Made by a program: the position numbers and the translations under genes. From Callorhinchus milii (lineage: Eukaryota): DNA of 64,000 nt. The notes under the pieces are model-generated. The model worked only from the letters and a program-made list of their open reading frames with translations. It made no database searches and was not told the DNA's origin. Each line of letters begins with the position of its first letter. The first letter of the stretch is position 1. This document shows, one piece after another, positions 1 through 13,105 of this stretch. The stretch lies in contig NW_024704742.1 of assembly GCF_018977255.1 (NCBI RefSeq), forward strand, positions 930,001 to 994,000, given 5' to 3'.

Positions 1-3
1 ACA

Positions 4-555
4 CAACAACAACAACAACAACAACAAGATTCCATTTATAGAGCGCCTTTCACGTCAGGAGGACGTCCCAAGGCGCTGCACAGTTGGGTCATGACCGAGC
101 AGGGGGAAATGGTCAGGGTGAGGGAGGGAAGGGAGGGAGAGAGAGGGGGAAATGGTCAGGGTGAGGGAGGAAGGAGGGAGCGAGGAGGAGGAAGAGAGTC
201 GAGAGGGAGCTGAAGGCTCGGTCAAAGAGAAAGGTTTTGAGACCGGCCTTGAAGGAGGAAAGGGAGGAAGCAAGGCGAAGGCACTGGGGATGGAGTTCCA
301 GAGCCTCGGGGCTGAGAGGCTGAAGGCCCGACCACCGATAGTAGGGCGGTTGGGGCGGGGGACGTGGAGCAGACCGGAGCCAGAGGAACGGAGGGTACGG
401 GCAGGTAGGTAGGGGGATAGTAGGTTGGAGAGGTAGGAGGGAGCGAGGCCGTGAATGGCCTTGTAGGTGAGGATGAGGATCTTGAAATCAATCCTCTGGG
501 GGATGGGGAGCCAGTGGAGGCGAGCGAGGGTAGGAGTGATGTGGTCCCGAAGCCT
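4..555 (-). mobile_element. L2-clade LINE 3' end (5'-truncated, young) with (TTG)n tail
   Basis: Reverse complement ends in CAGCGCCTTGGGACGTCCTCCTGACGTGAAAGGCGCTCTATAAATGGAATC(TTG)n, preceded by CT-rich L2 ORF2 C-terminal/3'UTR sequence; internal short duplication at ~102-170. Confidence 0.85.
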
Positions 556-1129
556 AGCAGTGTTTCAAAAAACAGTAGTGGATTGAGTGAACAAATTATT
601 ATTATTATTATTATTATTAAATGTTCACGATAAATCAAATTGTATTATCAGATAAGTCAGGACCCTCCTTTCTAGTTTAAGTTGTATAGAGACATCTGTT
701 TGCCCAATTATTTCTCCCTTTTCATCTTCCCAGCGCCTTGGGAACTTCATCCCGACGTGAAAGACGTTGTACAAATGTGATTTGTTGTTGTTCTGACTAT
801 GCTGACTCTTGGCGGGTTACAGTTGTATGGGTGCAGTGAATTGCAGTGGTTTTGGAAGAGAGCTGCAGAGAGTAGGGCTGTGAGGGCTTAGCTTCATGCA
901 ATAGCAATATTGCTCCACAGAATACACAGTCAATCCACTTTACAATATATCCGGTAAAGCGGTTTGAGAAATCTCAACAATGTGATAAGGCGTTATATCA
1001 AATGCAATTATTATTATTATTACTCGTATTACATCAAATGTAAGGATTATTATTAGGTAAAATATATTGGTCACAGCATAGCGCGAAGGTTCAATTCACA
1101 ACAAATATCACTGCTCCGTAAGGTACGAG

Positions 1130-2140
1130 AACATAGAAAACAGGAACGGGAGGAGACCTTTCAGCTAATTAAGCATGTTTCACCAGGTATTAGAACTTAA
1201 ATCTGACTTGCCAATTTTACCATACCACTTAAAATCTCTACTACTACGCAAGTATCTGGCTGCCTCTCTTTTAAACGTGCTATTGATTCCACTTGTACAA
1301 TGTTCTAGGGTAGAGCATTGCACATCTTCACAACTCTCTGTGTGAAGATCTGTTTCCTGATCTCAGTTCTAACTGTCTTAGTTCAGATTTTTCGGCTTGT
1401 AATGGAAGCCTCTTCCAGAAGGAACCCAATGTTATTCCTTTGATCATTCTAAATACATCAATCAAATCACGTCCTAACCTCACCTGCTCTAAGAATGTAA
1501 CCCTGTTTTTAGCCAACCTCTTATCATAGTTAGCCCCTTCAACCTGTGTATTAATCTAGTGAACCATCACTGGTCACTCTCTGGGTAACATATCCTTCCT
1601 ATGGTTAGATACCCCAAACTGAACACAGTGCTCCAAATGAGATCTGAGCAGACTCTATAGAACTGGTGAAAAACCTCCTTACTTCTATACTCCAGACTTC
1701 TTATAAGAAATGCCAGTATCCCTTTTGCATTATTCACTGCATTTTGCAGCAGTGAACTAGATTTTGATGATCTATGGACTTGACCGCCTAGATCTCTCTG
1801 CTCATCTACCCCTCACATTGATTCCCCATTTAGAACATACACCCTAATGTTATTCTTCATCCCAGTGTACAACCTCACACTTTGCAATGTTAAACTCCAG
1901 CTGCTAGAGTTCTGCCCATTTGCTTGGTCTCGGAATTTTCATCTGTTGGCTTCACAATTTATGACACCTCCTAGCTTAGTATCACTTGCAGTTAGAAATA
2001 GTCCCCTCTACTCCTGTATCCAGGTCATGACGTACAGGTTGAAAAGGTTGGCCCCAGGTCTGGTCCCTTGAGGATATCATTTACCACTGCTCACCAATCA
2101 GAAAACAACACCTCCAGAAACCTGGAGTTATTAATTTCTC
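1130..2140 (-). mobile_element. decayed CR1 (L3) LINE 3' fragment
   Basis: Minus strand gives decayed CR1 ORF2 C-terminal motifs (HLEHCVQF..., FLEQVRLGRDLIDVFRMIKG resembling LE.RRLRGDLIEVFKI.KG) followed by a CR1-type 3'UTR. Confidence 0.8.
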
Positions 2141-2159
2141 CGTTATTCTCCACTTTCAG

Positions 2160-2440
2160 GACATACGTTCATGATGAACAGCGTACTCAATCTGTAATGG
2201 CGGGCACTGATAGAAGAATGCACTGTTTTGGAGCTGATCGATATATCGTTTTAGGACAAACAGCAGGAGATATTTCTTTACACAAAGAGTAATTGATAGC
2301 TGGAATGTTGTGGTTGAGGCCAGTACTGAAATTAAAGAAACAAATTGATGCCGTAATGGAAGACTATTTGGTAGAGAGGGCATTCTGGAAGGCTGAGATC
2401 AACCAGGCTAAAGGGCACTTCTTCATTGTGTGATGTTGAG
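2160..2440 (+). mobile_element. decayed CR1 3' end
   Basis: Resembles the CR1 3' terminus (GTGGTTGAGGCC...TTAAAGAAACAAATTGATG...GGCTAAAGGGCACTTCTT). Confidence 0.5.
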
Positions 2441-3394
2441 ATCTCGTGAAGTGTTTTGCTTTGTCACGGAAACTGGATAACGTGCCATTCAGTGACCTTG
2501 CTTCTGCAACTCATCAAATGCAACATGGAATGAAATGAACCCATTCTGCACTTTACAGCACTCGTTGGGCTCGGTTTTGAATCTCAATTTTCATTAGCCA
2601 GCCTGAAATGCAATGTTTTGATCCTGTTGCCACTCATGCCAGGTTTTACCACAATTCTGCTTTGAACTCGATCCTAAAGTGCTTCCCCTTCCTAAGTTGC
2701 AGTTTGGCGTGCTGAATCGCACTTACACTGGTTGCACGGATTCTTACAAAAGCCCAATTACTTTCAACAATTCGTAAACCATTCAATTTTTGTTTCGACA
2801 TTGGCAGGCTATCCAACCAAAGCAAAATCAACTGAGTCATGCACCCCTGCTCCTGTTAACATGACATGAGGTGTCTGATTGACATGTCACCTAATTCATG
2901 GATTTTCCTGCTCTAACCCATATTTGTGGATTATCTGTCACTTGCGTGACACGGAGTACAAGACCACATAATAGAAAGGATTATCAAAACAAAAATTCTT
3001 TGCTTTATTTTTAGTATCTTTGTGATGGGAATAAAAGCAGCAAATCAGATTCAGCTGGGTGTGTGCTCACAATAATCCACCCTAAACTTTGATAGTTCAT
3101 TTGACTTTGCCTTGTCAAAGCCTTTGTGGTTCCTGTGGATTATTTCTCTGCAACGCTTGGAGAAGCATCAATTAGTCGAAATCAAAACTTTTCCATTGCT
3201 GCATTTAGCAACATGATGCAAGGCACAAATGACATTCAGATGAAAAAAAACTTGTTTTCAAAGTGACTTCAGCCCCAGCAGTAGTTGCAGATGGCCTACA
3301 GTAGTCCTGTCTATGTTTTGATAAGGACATGTGAAAGTTGTATTTGCATTACCAAACTCCCAAAACATATGGCCCTGCGTGAGTTTACGGGAAG

Positions 3395-4319
3395 GAAACA
3401 TAATCACAGAGAAATATTGTACAAAGGGAGAGAATCTATGTATAGCCACCTAAGCACATTAGCACTTAGCATGTTTGCCTACAAATACATAGTCACTACG
3501 CTTCACAGTAAAATCCTGTAAAAAATGTTCGCGATGTTTTGACTATGTGATAAAAAGCAATATCAAATGCATGAATTATTATAACAACAATACTTGCATT
3601 TGATACAGAACCTTATCGAGTAGTTGGGACATTTCAAAACGCTTCACAGAATAAACTGTAAAGCGAATTGACTGTATATTTTGTGGGCGAATCGTATTAT
3701 TACTATTATTATGACTACCAATAACAAAAAGGGATTAAGGGATATGGGGATAAGGCAGGGTTAGGTTATTAGCTGGAGTTAGATTAGAAGATCAGCCATG
3801 ATTGAATGGCGAGGCAGGCTCGAAGGGCCGAATGGCCTACTCCTGCTCCTACATGTTATGTTATGTTATATTATGTTAAAATGCACACCTATTGAGAGAG
3901 AGTATGCAGAATTCCTCATTTGGTGGACTGAGGTTAGTGATCGAATGTTCTGGGTGGAATTTTCATTTGCACTAGTTGTATTCCTATTACAAAAATCAAA
4001 ACAAATGGATAGAGAGAGAAAAAGACATCCAGTATTTCCCCTCCCAAATCCCAAAGCTCTCATAGATCACGTATGATAGAGGATTGTCTTCTGGAAACAT
4101 TGACATTTTCTGCACAGATGGAGGCCATTCAGCCCATGGTGTTGCGTTGGTGGTCAATTGATTTGCTCCATTTGTTTCCATTGAAACTCGTGTCAACTGC
4201 CCTCGGCTGTGAAGTGTAGTGACTATGTATTTATCGGCAAACATGCTTAGTGTTAATGTGCTTCAGTGGTATGCATAGCTCCTCTCCCTTTGTGCAATAT
4301 TTCCCTGTGACTGTGTTTC
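3395..4319. repeat. inverted duplication, arms 3395-3508 and 4207-4319 (~87% identity)
   Basis: Manual alignment of the left arm with the reverse complement of the right arm: about 15 differences in 114 nt. Confidence 0.9.
3728..3875 (+). mobile_element. CR1 3' terminal fragment
   Basis: GATCAGCCATGATTGAATGGCG...GGCTCGAAGGGCCGAATGGCCTACTCCTGCTCCT followed by a (TTATG)n tail, typical of chondrichthyan CR1 3' ends. Confidence 0.75.
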
Positions 4320-5074
4320 TTTTCTCAACTACGGTAGTGAAACTGACCTGTCTGGTGCCAACAAATGGAATGGACTGACCCAAAAGGTCATAGAGACAGA
4401 CTCAAAAGGGAGGATTAAAAAATAGATCTTGAAGGATACAGAGACAAAGCATGGAAATATCATTACAAGATCTGCCACAATGGAGCAACGGGTTTGATGG
4501 TAGGAATGGCCCCTCCGTTCCCATGTTTTTTTTAACAAACCTGCTGCAATGGGGAAGTTAGCACCGGTTGTCATGGTGAGCTGAATAACCTCCTTCTGTG
4601 TTGTAAACTTTCCATGATTCTCCGAGAACAGATGGTTGTCATTTTAGCCAAACAGAAAGAAATCGCTTAACATTGCCTCATATACTCATCCAAACCTCCT
4701 GCAATATAATAACCAAGATAAGACTCCCTCCTATTATTACTCATACCAACCTGGTGACTGCGAGTGTTTCCCAGAATGAGATGATAAATCTTCCTGCAAT
4801 GCACTTGGATCTTGCATGACATCTGTATTGATTCCATACATACATGATACGTGGGCCAAGAAACCAGGATGAGCTCAGCGGGAAGTCCCATGGATTTGCA
4901 GATACACTGAATAGGCTCCCAGTAAAACCAATCCAATGTTGTGTTGATTAACACCTTTGCAACATCTGCTCAGGAATGGATCTGAGCCGAACATGTACAC
5001 GTATTCGTTGAATGTGTGTGGAACATGTTGGTACCTGAGCTGCTCAGAAATATCATCCCTGGGGGGAAGGGGGA

Positions 5075-5495
5075 GCCTCTGAGTCTGAAGATCGTGGGTT
5101 CAAGCCCTACATCGGGACGTAGTATCACATAGTCTAAGTTGACATTCCAATACAGTGCTGGTGGGGGAGGCTGCATTGTCAGAGGTGCTGTTCTTCGATT
5201 TAGACGTTAAACCAAGGTCCCGTCTGCCTGCTCAGTTGGATGTTAAAGATCTAATGGCACTATTCGAAAAAGGGTAGGGAGTTTCCCCCAATGTCCTGGC
5301 CAACAACCACCCCAAATACAATTGGTTACTCACTCCAAGGCTGTTTGTGGGACATTGCTGTGCGCAACTGGTTGCCACGTTTCGCCTGCAAAATACAATC
5401 AATCCAATCAATCCACTTGATACTATATCCTGCGAAGCCCTTTCAGACGTCGCCACGACCTGATAAGCTGCTGTATCAAACTCAGGGAACATTAT
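5075..5495 (+). mobile_element. Deu-domain SINE (AmnSINE1/SacSINE1-like)
   Basis: B-box GGTTCAAGCCC, Deu core (GAGGTGCTGTTCTTCG...GACGTTAAACCAAGGTCCCGTCTGCC...GGCACTATTCGAA...GTCCTGGCCAA...CTGTTTGTGGGACATTGCTGTGCGCAA) and L2-like tail. Confidence 0.8.
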
Positions 5496-6117
5496 TACCC
5501 CAAGAAAGTCAAGAGGTGAAGTTACAAGCAATGTAGGAAGTAAGATTGGACTTCAATCTTCTGGGCAATTGTGAGTAGACAAAAAAAAAGTTGCTGGCTG
5601 GGAGTGGGAAATATGTATACCAGAACTGGCTGTACCAGAGTGAGTAATAGGAAGAACAAATTAGGATAAGGGGCAAGCTTCTCCTGTCATCTGTAGCCAG
5701 AAGCAACTCACTGCCAGCCTTAACTTGATTTTCCACTTGTTGGTAACAGGAAATCTGTGGTTTGACCAGGATTAGGACTTTTCCCAGTGGTTAGGGTGTC
5801 ACCGCCAGAGCATGGGGAAGGCTAGTGGCTAGTGGACAATTCAGTACGTCTGATCTTTCACTCCATTTTGCACTTTACCGTTTACTGCTGCTCCCGCTGG
5901 ACATGATTCTGGTGAGGAGGTGGATTTATCTTGACTGCTAAAAGTGTATGGAAAACACAGCAAAGCCAAACTGGGGAGGGACTGCAGTGGGGGTGGGGGT
6001 GGGGGGGCCTGGGGAGGAGGGCGGCAGAATGCTGTGACGTAAATGCTCCGCATAAGTACAGCGTTTAAAAAAAAAGGAAAGGAAATGTTGCAAACCGGAC
6101 CCATTTTGACAGCAGCT

Positions 6118-6305
6118 GAATAATAATTAATAATAATTAGTAAAGATTAGTAATGACTAACAATAATTGGTAATACTTATTGATAATGATGATTAATGAT
6201 AACACTTAATAACATATTTTTCAATAATTTGCATCAATAATAATTTGTTCACAATAATAATGAATATTATTGACCATATGATTAATTAACAAAAGTAATA
6301 ATAAT
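6118..6305. repeat. AT-rich low-complexity (TAA)n-derived tract
   Basis: Degenerate TAA/AAT repeats. Confidence 0.7.
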
Positions 6306-8404
6306 CCTTGTGGTTAATATAGCACCCTATCCCATCATCGACTAGCAACCGGGTTTCTACTTACTGCTAAGTAATCAGAGGCGTGTGGAGTGAGGAAACT
6401 TGCCTAAGGTTTCTCAAGGTCATTGCATCACAAACTACTAATTCGCAATTCAAAATTCTTGATTCCCCATTCACAATTCCCCATTTAAAATTCCCGATTG
6501 CTGACAAGCTACTAGTCACAAACTACTAATTCAAAATTCTGCAGTGCCTGGTTCCCGAGTCACAGTTCTACAGCTCTTTCAAATACGATTTCTACTGTAA
6601 CTCAAATATGTTCTCTTTGGGTCATATATTCAGGCAATAACAGCTCTTCCACTGAGAATGTCAAAATACTAGCAATTATACTGAAAAAACATCAAAGCCT
6701 TGATGTGCACATGGAGGTGTGTGTTCTATGGATGTGTGTGTAATATGCATTCATGTGTACGCGCACAGTCCCTCATACACACAAACACACTCACCCAGGA
6801 TCTGCATACAGCAGATAGCTATATGTCTCAAAGTGCTTCACAGGATTTCTTTTAGTAAAATGCAATGACTGTCTACTTTATAGGTGATCACGGCAGCCAA
6901 TGTGTGCACAGCCATGGCCCACAAACAAAATAATAATAATAATAATAATCCTTATATTTGATGTAGCGAATTTCACGACAGGAGAAATCTCCTGACTTCA
7001 CAGGACATATTGTAAAAAGTGGAGCAACTGCGTATTTTGTGGGCAGATGAACGTGCATTGAATTCCCAATTTACCTGGATTCTAGGACACTAAAAGCTGA
7101 TTTCTTTTGAGTGAAAGTGGGAGCAAATGTGTTACGCATGAAGTGACTGGGCAGAAAACAATGATGTGACATTGTATTTGAATGTGCTCCGCGACGACGA
7201 GGAACTCTGCACAGTTTAAATGGCTCTGCACTGCAGAACTACAACCAGTAGTTAATTCAGAATCACTCCAAAAGTAACCTTGCCCGAGCCAACAGCACTT
7301 TGGTTACACTATAGCCTCGGAGTCGTGAACTATAAAAGCAAACATGTTTCACTAATGTTCGAGAGGAAAATGCTCCACAGCTTATAGTCATTCCCTCATA
7401 ACAACTTGCAAACTCCCATCCATTCACAGAGGAAGCACAGCCAAACCCCACAGCTGTCAAGCATTTTCAACAGATTCCACAGTGCCTGGATGAGGTTTTC
7501 AAAAATTCCTTTGTCCTTACACATTAGCTAAAAGGAATTACCGAAACATCTGATATTGTGGAAGTGGGAAACTTGCCATCTTGACCTTGCCCAAAGCATT
7601 CCGGAACTGTGGGTCACAGATTTATTGTCTCATGTGTCCTCGAAAGGTCACGGAGGCCTTTTGTAACTTCCCAAATATCCCAAGCAACCGATCTGCTATT
7701 GATTTTTCTACTATGAAGCTTTGTATGGCAGATGGACACATGTTAGTGCAGCTTCGTAGAATCTTTGTCATTGGAAAGGCATGTTCCACTGGAGCGGCTC
7801 CCAGCTGCTAGCGCTGCACTGATCCACCACAACCAATCACCAGACTTCCTATAAATGGGACCATTCTGTTTGGAGATCCTCGTGTTTACATGTAATGTCT
7901 GCACAGCTCAGCAGCTGGGATCGAATGAATAATTAAAATTAATTTCCAGACATTTTTTTTTCCGTCTGTGTCCGTGGGCTCTCGCCAACCGATGTGACTG
8001 CCGAACGGGCAGAGGGTCGAGCATCTTTCCACTTTATGATAATAAAAATAATCCTTACGTTTGATATAGTAATATATACATAATATATATATATAAACCC
8101 ACACAGCATACATTCAATTCACTTTACAGTATATTCTGTGAAGTGCTTTGAGGACGTCTCAACCACTTGGTAAGACGCTATACCAAATGCAAGGATTATC
8201 ATTATTATTATTATAGTGGTAAGATGCAGTGACTGTATTTTGCAGGTGAACATGTCAGCCAATTTGTGCGCAACAATGTGCTGTTCTATCACAATCAGCA
8301 CATTGGTGAAGAAACCAAGATAGATTTTCGTGTGGAGGGGGGAGTTTGATGCAACATGGTTTTCTCTTGCCAAACTGAGGTGACAGAATCATAGCTCACA
8401 TCTG

Positions 8405-9030
8405 GTCCTTGAGCAGCACCCGCTTTCTTCCACCTCTGTCACATTGCCCACCTCCGACCATACCTCACACTCAATGCAGCCGGAACCCTTGTCTACGCTA
8501 TAGTCACCTCCTGCCATGACTATTTCAATGCCCTCTTCTCTGCTCCTCTATCCACAAAATCCACTTAATTCAAAACTGCACCATCCATATACGTACCCGC
8601 TCTAAACTCTGCAACCCCATCGCACCAGTCCTTGCCAGGCTCCACTGGCTCACTATCACAGAATGGATCGACTTCAAGATCCTCTCACTTGTCGAGAATT
8701 TCCTTCACGCCATGGTATCTCCCTACCTTTCCGACCTGCTTACTCCCCACTCCACCACCCGCTGGCTCCACTCTGCTGGCTCTGGCCTCCTGCTTGGCCC
8801 CTTGTCCATTGGTGGCTGTTTGGCCCCTTGCCCATCCAGCCATCACACCCCGAAACTCTGGAACACTCTCCCTCAAACCCGCTGCCTTTCCCCCTCCTTC
8901 TCCATCTTCAGGTCACGCCTGAAGATCTTCCTATCTGACCTACCCCTTCCCCCAGCTCAAAGTCAAGCTCTGTTACTATTAAGCACTCTGAGACGCTATC
9001 TTGCATGACAGAAATGCAAGTTGTTGTTCT
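8405..9030 (+). mobile_element. L2 LINE 3' fragment (decayed)
   Basis: Decayed ORF2 C-terminus (HIAHLRPYLTLNAAGTLVYAIVTS..., LHWL...DFKIL) and L2 tail ...GCAAGTTGTTG. Confidence 0.8.
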
Positions 9031-9669
9031 TGTATATGACAAGTACAAGGTCGTGACAAGATTTTAAAAGCAAAATATTCCGAACTTGTACTAAATAAAG
9101 ACTGAGGTACATTTATTTATTTTTGCAGTGGAGGATACTCCGGTTGTAAAGCTACAGGAGCTTCCCAACACCAGTTCTGTTTTAAGTGCTTGGTGATTCA
9201 CTTTATCTGCTCTCTTGGTATACAAAGGCATCAATGTAATTTACACCAGGCCATTATCTGAAGGTTTGCTCTAAAACACAAATAATTGTATTGACATCTG
9301 ACGCAATCTTTTGGGAAGTTGGAATGGTTGAGTGAGATGGACTAATGGTCTACTACTGTAATTCTATTACTGCAGGGGTCCAAATCACAAGGTTTCTCAC
9401 GGGATTCCCTCAAAAGGAATTCAATGTTGTGTAAATGAAGGCTCCTTCCAGTAACTGGATCTTCAGGAGCTCTGCTTCAATCCAACTTGCTTCCAGAGTG
9501 GGGTTCCCGCAGATTGGTGGGATTTCCAATGGATTACTTATCAAATCTAGTGTTTTAGATCCCTATGTTGTTATCTGTCATTAACAAATACATGGGTGAC
9601 CAAATACTCATTATCTCCCTATTGATAAAATAATAAAAAGTTCAGAGTTTCAGCAATATGAACATGTTG

Positions 9670-9880
9670 TGTTCTGGTGGAAGTTAAAGATCCCATGGTA
9701 CTATTCAAAAAGAGAAGGGAGTTTCTCCCGGTGTTCTGTTCAACATTCCTCCAAGATAAAATTGGTCCATGGCTGTTTGTGGTACATAGAAATCTTGTGT
9801 TGCGTTCACCTGTAACACAGTCACTACAGTTGACAGTGAATCCCATAAAGCGCTTTGGGACTTCTCCTGATGTGAAATTC
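9670..9880 (+). mobile_element. Deu-domain SINE fragment
   Basis: AAAGATCCCATGGTACTATTCAAAAAGAGAAGGGAGTTTCTCCCGGTGTTCTG...AAAGCGCTTTGGGAC. Confidence 0.7.
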
Positions 9881-10671
9881 AGAGCCCATTGTCAGTGGAG
9901 GAGTTGGCTTTGCAGGTCAAGTAACTTGTTAATGCCTTCTTATGTCTTTGGGTAATATAGCAACTTCAGTTTTTTTTCCAGTCACACGCACACCATTGCT
10001 TAACACTTACAATGTTCAGACATTGACTTTACACAGGCCTGATTGTTGTAGTGATGGGAATTGGATGGAGATTGTGGTGTGTCCATCTTTTTCGAGTGAC
10101 CGCAGTTAGCTGCCTTGCTTTAATGTTTCCGGCTCCCCCTCAGATTCACCTTCCTTTTTTTGGTCTGCAGGTCAGGACACACCTCACCTATTTTCACCCG
10201 TAAATTGTCTATTTTTGTCTGTGGAGGATCAGTGCATGCCTCAACCTCTTTAATACGCCTATGGCTATGACGTTGACCTATTTTGGCGCTTGTTCCATTT
10301 TACTTCCACTGCCACTAACTCTCCAGTTTCCATTGGCTCATCTGTACTTTCCGCAGAGTTCTGGCCTGAGCTTGTTGAATTTGTTGCATCTGATGCTCGC
10401 TCCCAGCCAGGACTGCAGGGTCTGCACCGAATCTCAGCTTGGGCTTGTTGTTCTCGCTGTTGAATCGGAGCCTGGCCTGGCCGCACTCGCTGTTGAGTCT
10501 CAGCCTGAGATTTACTATTCTTAGAATTGCTGTTCAGTCTTGACCTAGGCGTGTTGTATATCTGCTGTGTCTGCCACATTTCCTATTGCTGCTACCGGGA
10601 TTTAACCTGTCTGTGCGCATCTTCTCTCTGATTTAGTGTATAAGCAATGGCACCGGCCGCAGTGTACAGGT

Positions 10672-10905
10672 AACAACAACAACAAATTGCATCTGAACAG
10701 TGCCTTTCATGTCAGGAGGACGTCCCAAGGCGCTGAACAATCAAGGATGTGCACCCGAGTTGGGAGTTGGGATCAGGGAGGGTGGGGGTAGGAGCGTAGC
10801 TGAAGGTGCAGTCGAAGAGGAGTGTCTTATGACGGGCCTTGGAGGAGGCAAGGGGATCGGTGGGAGGGGGGGCGAGGCGAAGGGACTGTGGGACGGATTT
10901 CCAGC
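10672..10905 (-). mobile_element. L2 LINE 3' end
   Basis: (CAA)n plus the reverse complement of the L2 tail stem-loop and the AAGACACTCCTCTTCGAC motif. Confidence 0.8.
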
Positions 10906-12782
10906 AGGTCAGTGAAGTCAGAAAGACTGTTAATTTCGGATACCGCCGGTAGGATTTATTCACCCTTTGTGCCCCCAACAGCTGCAGACCTGCTGCCTGA
11001 AATCCTTTCACTGAACAAACATTCACTATCGGTATCCTGCGCCAAGAGTGGCTCATGTCAGACTCCAAAATGGCAATGTTATTTTTGAGGGCAGCGACTT
11101 AGCAACTATGAGAAAGGGGAAGCTTCTGTAAATGCTGCAGTAAGTTTGAGGCAATTTAAACCCGAAGCCCTCTGATCTCTAACCTTCACCTACAAAATAC
11201 ACAGTCATCGCACGTTACAGTATATCTTGTGAAGCGTTTTGAGAAGCCCTTTCAACACGAAAGTTGTGATATAAAATGTAAGGATGATGATGATAATTAT
11301 TATTATTACTTTGCTTTTCTGCAGTCCAGAGTACCTACATTGGACTTAATGTAACAACAATAATAACAATAATAAGCCTTGCATTGATATAGCGCCTTAT
11401 CACGTCTTCAAAAGTCTCGAAACGCCCACAAAATGTAGACTAAGAAGGGAAACTCTCCGACAGTACCATTGTGACATGTAAAAAACTGTGGTGTAGGCAC
11501 TTTCCAGATTTCAGGCACGTATTTAAATATCACAGTATGAATTACACCCTGGAATCCCTTACTTATTTACCTGGACTATCAGAGCTCAAGGCTGCAACTG
11601 GAATTACTGTGGAAATAAGGGAACTTCTTAACTTCTCAACGGAGCAGATGTCAGCATATTTCCTCAACTGCAGTAACACGTAGCTCACGATAACAAGTTA
11701 AAGACGTGATCCGGAGCGCTTTTCAAAGATGAAAATCTTTGCATTTTGATGCAGTGAATATTTTATCTGCATTTCTATCCAGTTATTGATTAGTTTCCTC
11801 TATCTCGGATTAGTGGCTGTTTAGTGTTATCTGGTTTTCCCGAGTTAGAGCATCTGAGCAATCACAATTCACCTGAGTTTAACATGGAGCAATGTGGGAC
11901 CTCTTCACTTTCAGCTGAGGTGGCAATTTAGCTCCATTATCCCCACACATTCATTTATGTGAACTGCCGTGAACATCCAGTTAATCTTTTAATCCGTTTA
12001 ATCGCTGTGCACCTGTTTTGCATTATCTCTGCGAACCTTTTCTCCCTCACTTTGTTTTACTTTCTTTAAATTATACCTGTGCCTCCAGTTTCTTTCGAGA
12101 CCTGCTTCTCCTCTCTTGTTAGGGCCTGAAATTCTATCCAATCCTATCCAGTAAGACCATTTGGGCTTAAAATTAAAGATGGTGCTGAACTGTGGAAAGT
12201 GCTTAAATTCTTGAGCGCTTTGAGACGTCCTTCCAATGTGAAAGGCACAGCACAAACGTACGTTGTACCGTATAGTGTCTTTATTTTGAAATGGGTTCTT
12301 TTCATGAACTTCTGAAAACGAGCTTCCAAATTCAGTCAGAATTTAAGAATTTTGAGCAATTTAAGTTTTGCTCAAAAATTTCAAGTGTCGCCCACAAAAT
12401 ACAAAGTCGGTTCACTTTACAATCTATTCTGTGAAGCACTTTGAGACGCCTCATCGACGTGATAAGGTGCTGTGTCAAATGCAAGGATTATTATTATAAT
12501 TTTAAGTTCAAATGGTCTTGCAAGATGAGACTGAGTGGAACTTGGGGCCCATTTTCTCTTGTTTCACAGCTCGTCTGATGTGCAAGATTATTATAAATGT
12601 GCATTTATTGTTCTTGTCTTGGTGACACACATTTGACTTGCAAATATGATGCAATCAGTTCTAACGAAATAAATGAACCAAGTGGCTATTAAAGATAACG
12701 CTCTGAGACGCTACCCTGGTGAAGGCCGATATATAAATTCAAGTTGTTGATGATGTTAAAAGGGCTGAGCAATGTGATAATA

Positions 12783-13105
12783 GCAATAATAATAATCCTT
12801 GCATTTGATCTAGTGCCTTATGATGTTGTTGAGACGTCTCAAAGCGCTTCACAGAATGTACTGTAAAGTGAATCAACTGTATATTTTGTGGGCGAAACAC
12901 GGCAGCCAATTGCGCACAGTAGAGTCCCACAAACAGTCGCGGACTATTATCCCGGAAAGCGATCCGCCAATCGACTCACAACCAATCTCCTGTTTACTGC
13001 TTGGCAAACAGAGGCGTGTGGAGTAAGGAAACTTGCCTAAGGTTTCGCGCTGTCTGGGAATCATACCCGGGTCCTCTTGCTTACGAGGCGAGCAGCTAGC
13101 CACTA
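12783..13105 (-). mobile_element. tRNA-derived SINE, family A (long subtype)
   Basis: Reverse complement shows tRNA head remnant, CCTTAGGCAAGTTTCCTTACTCCAC, Deu-like 3' block and (TTA)n tail. Confidence 0.85.
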
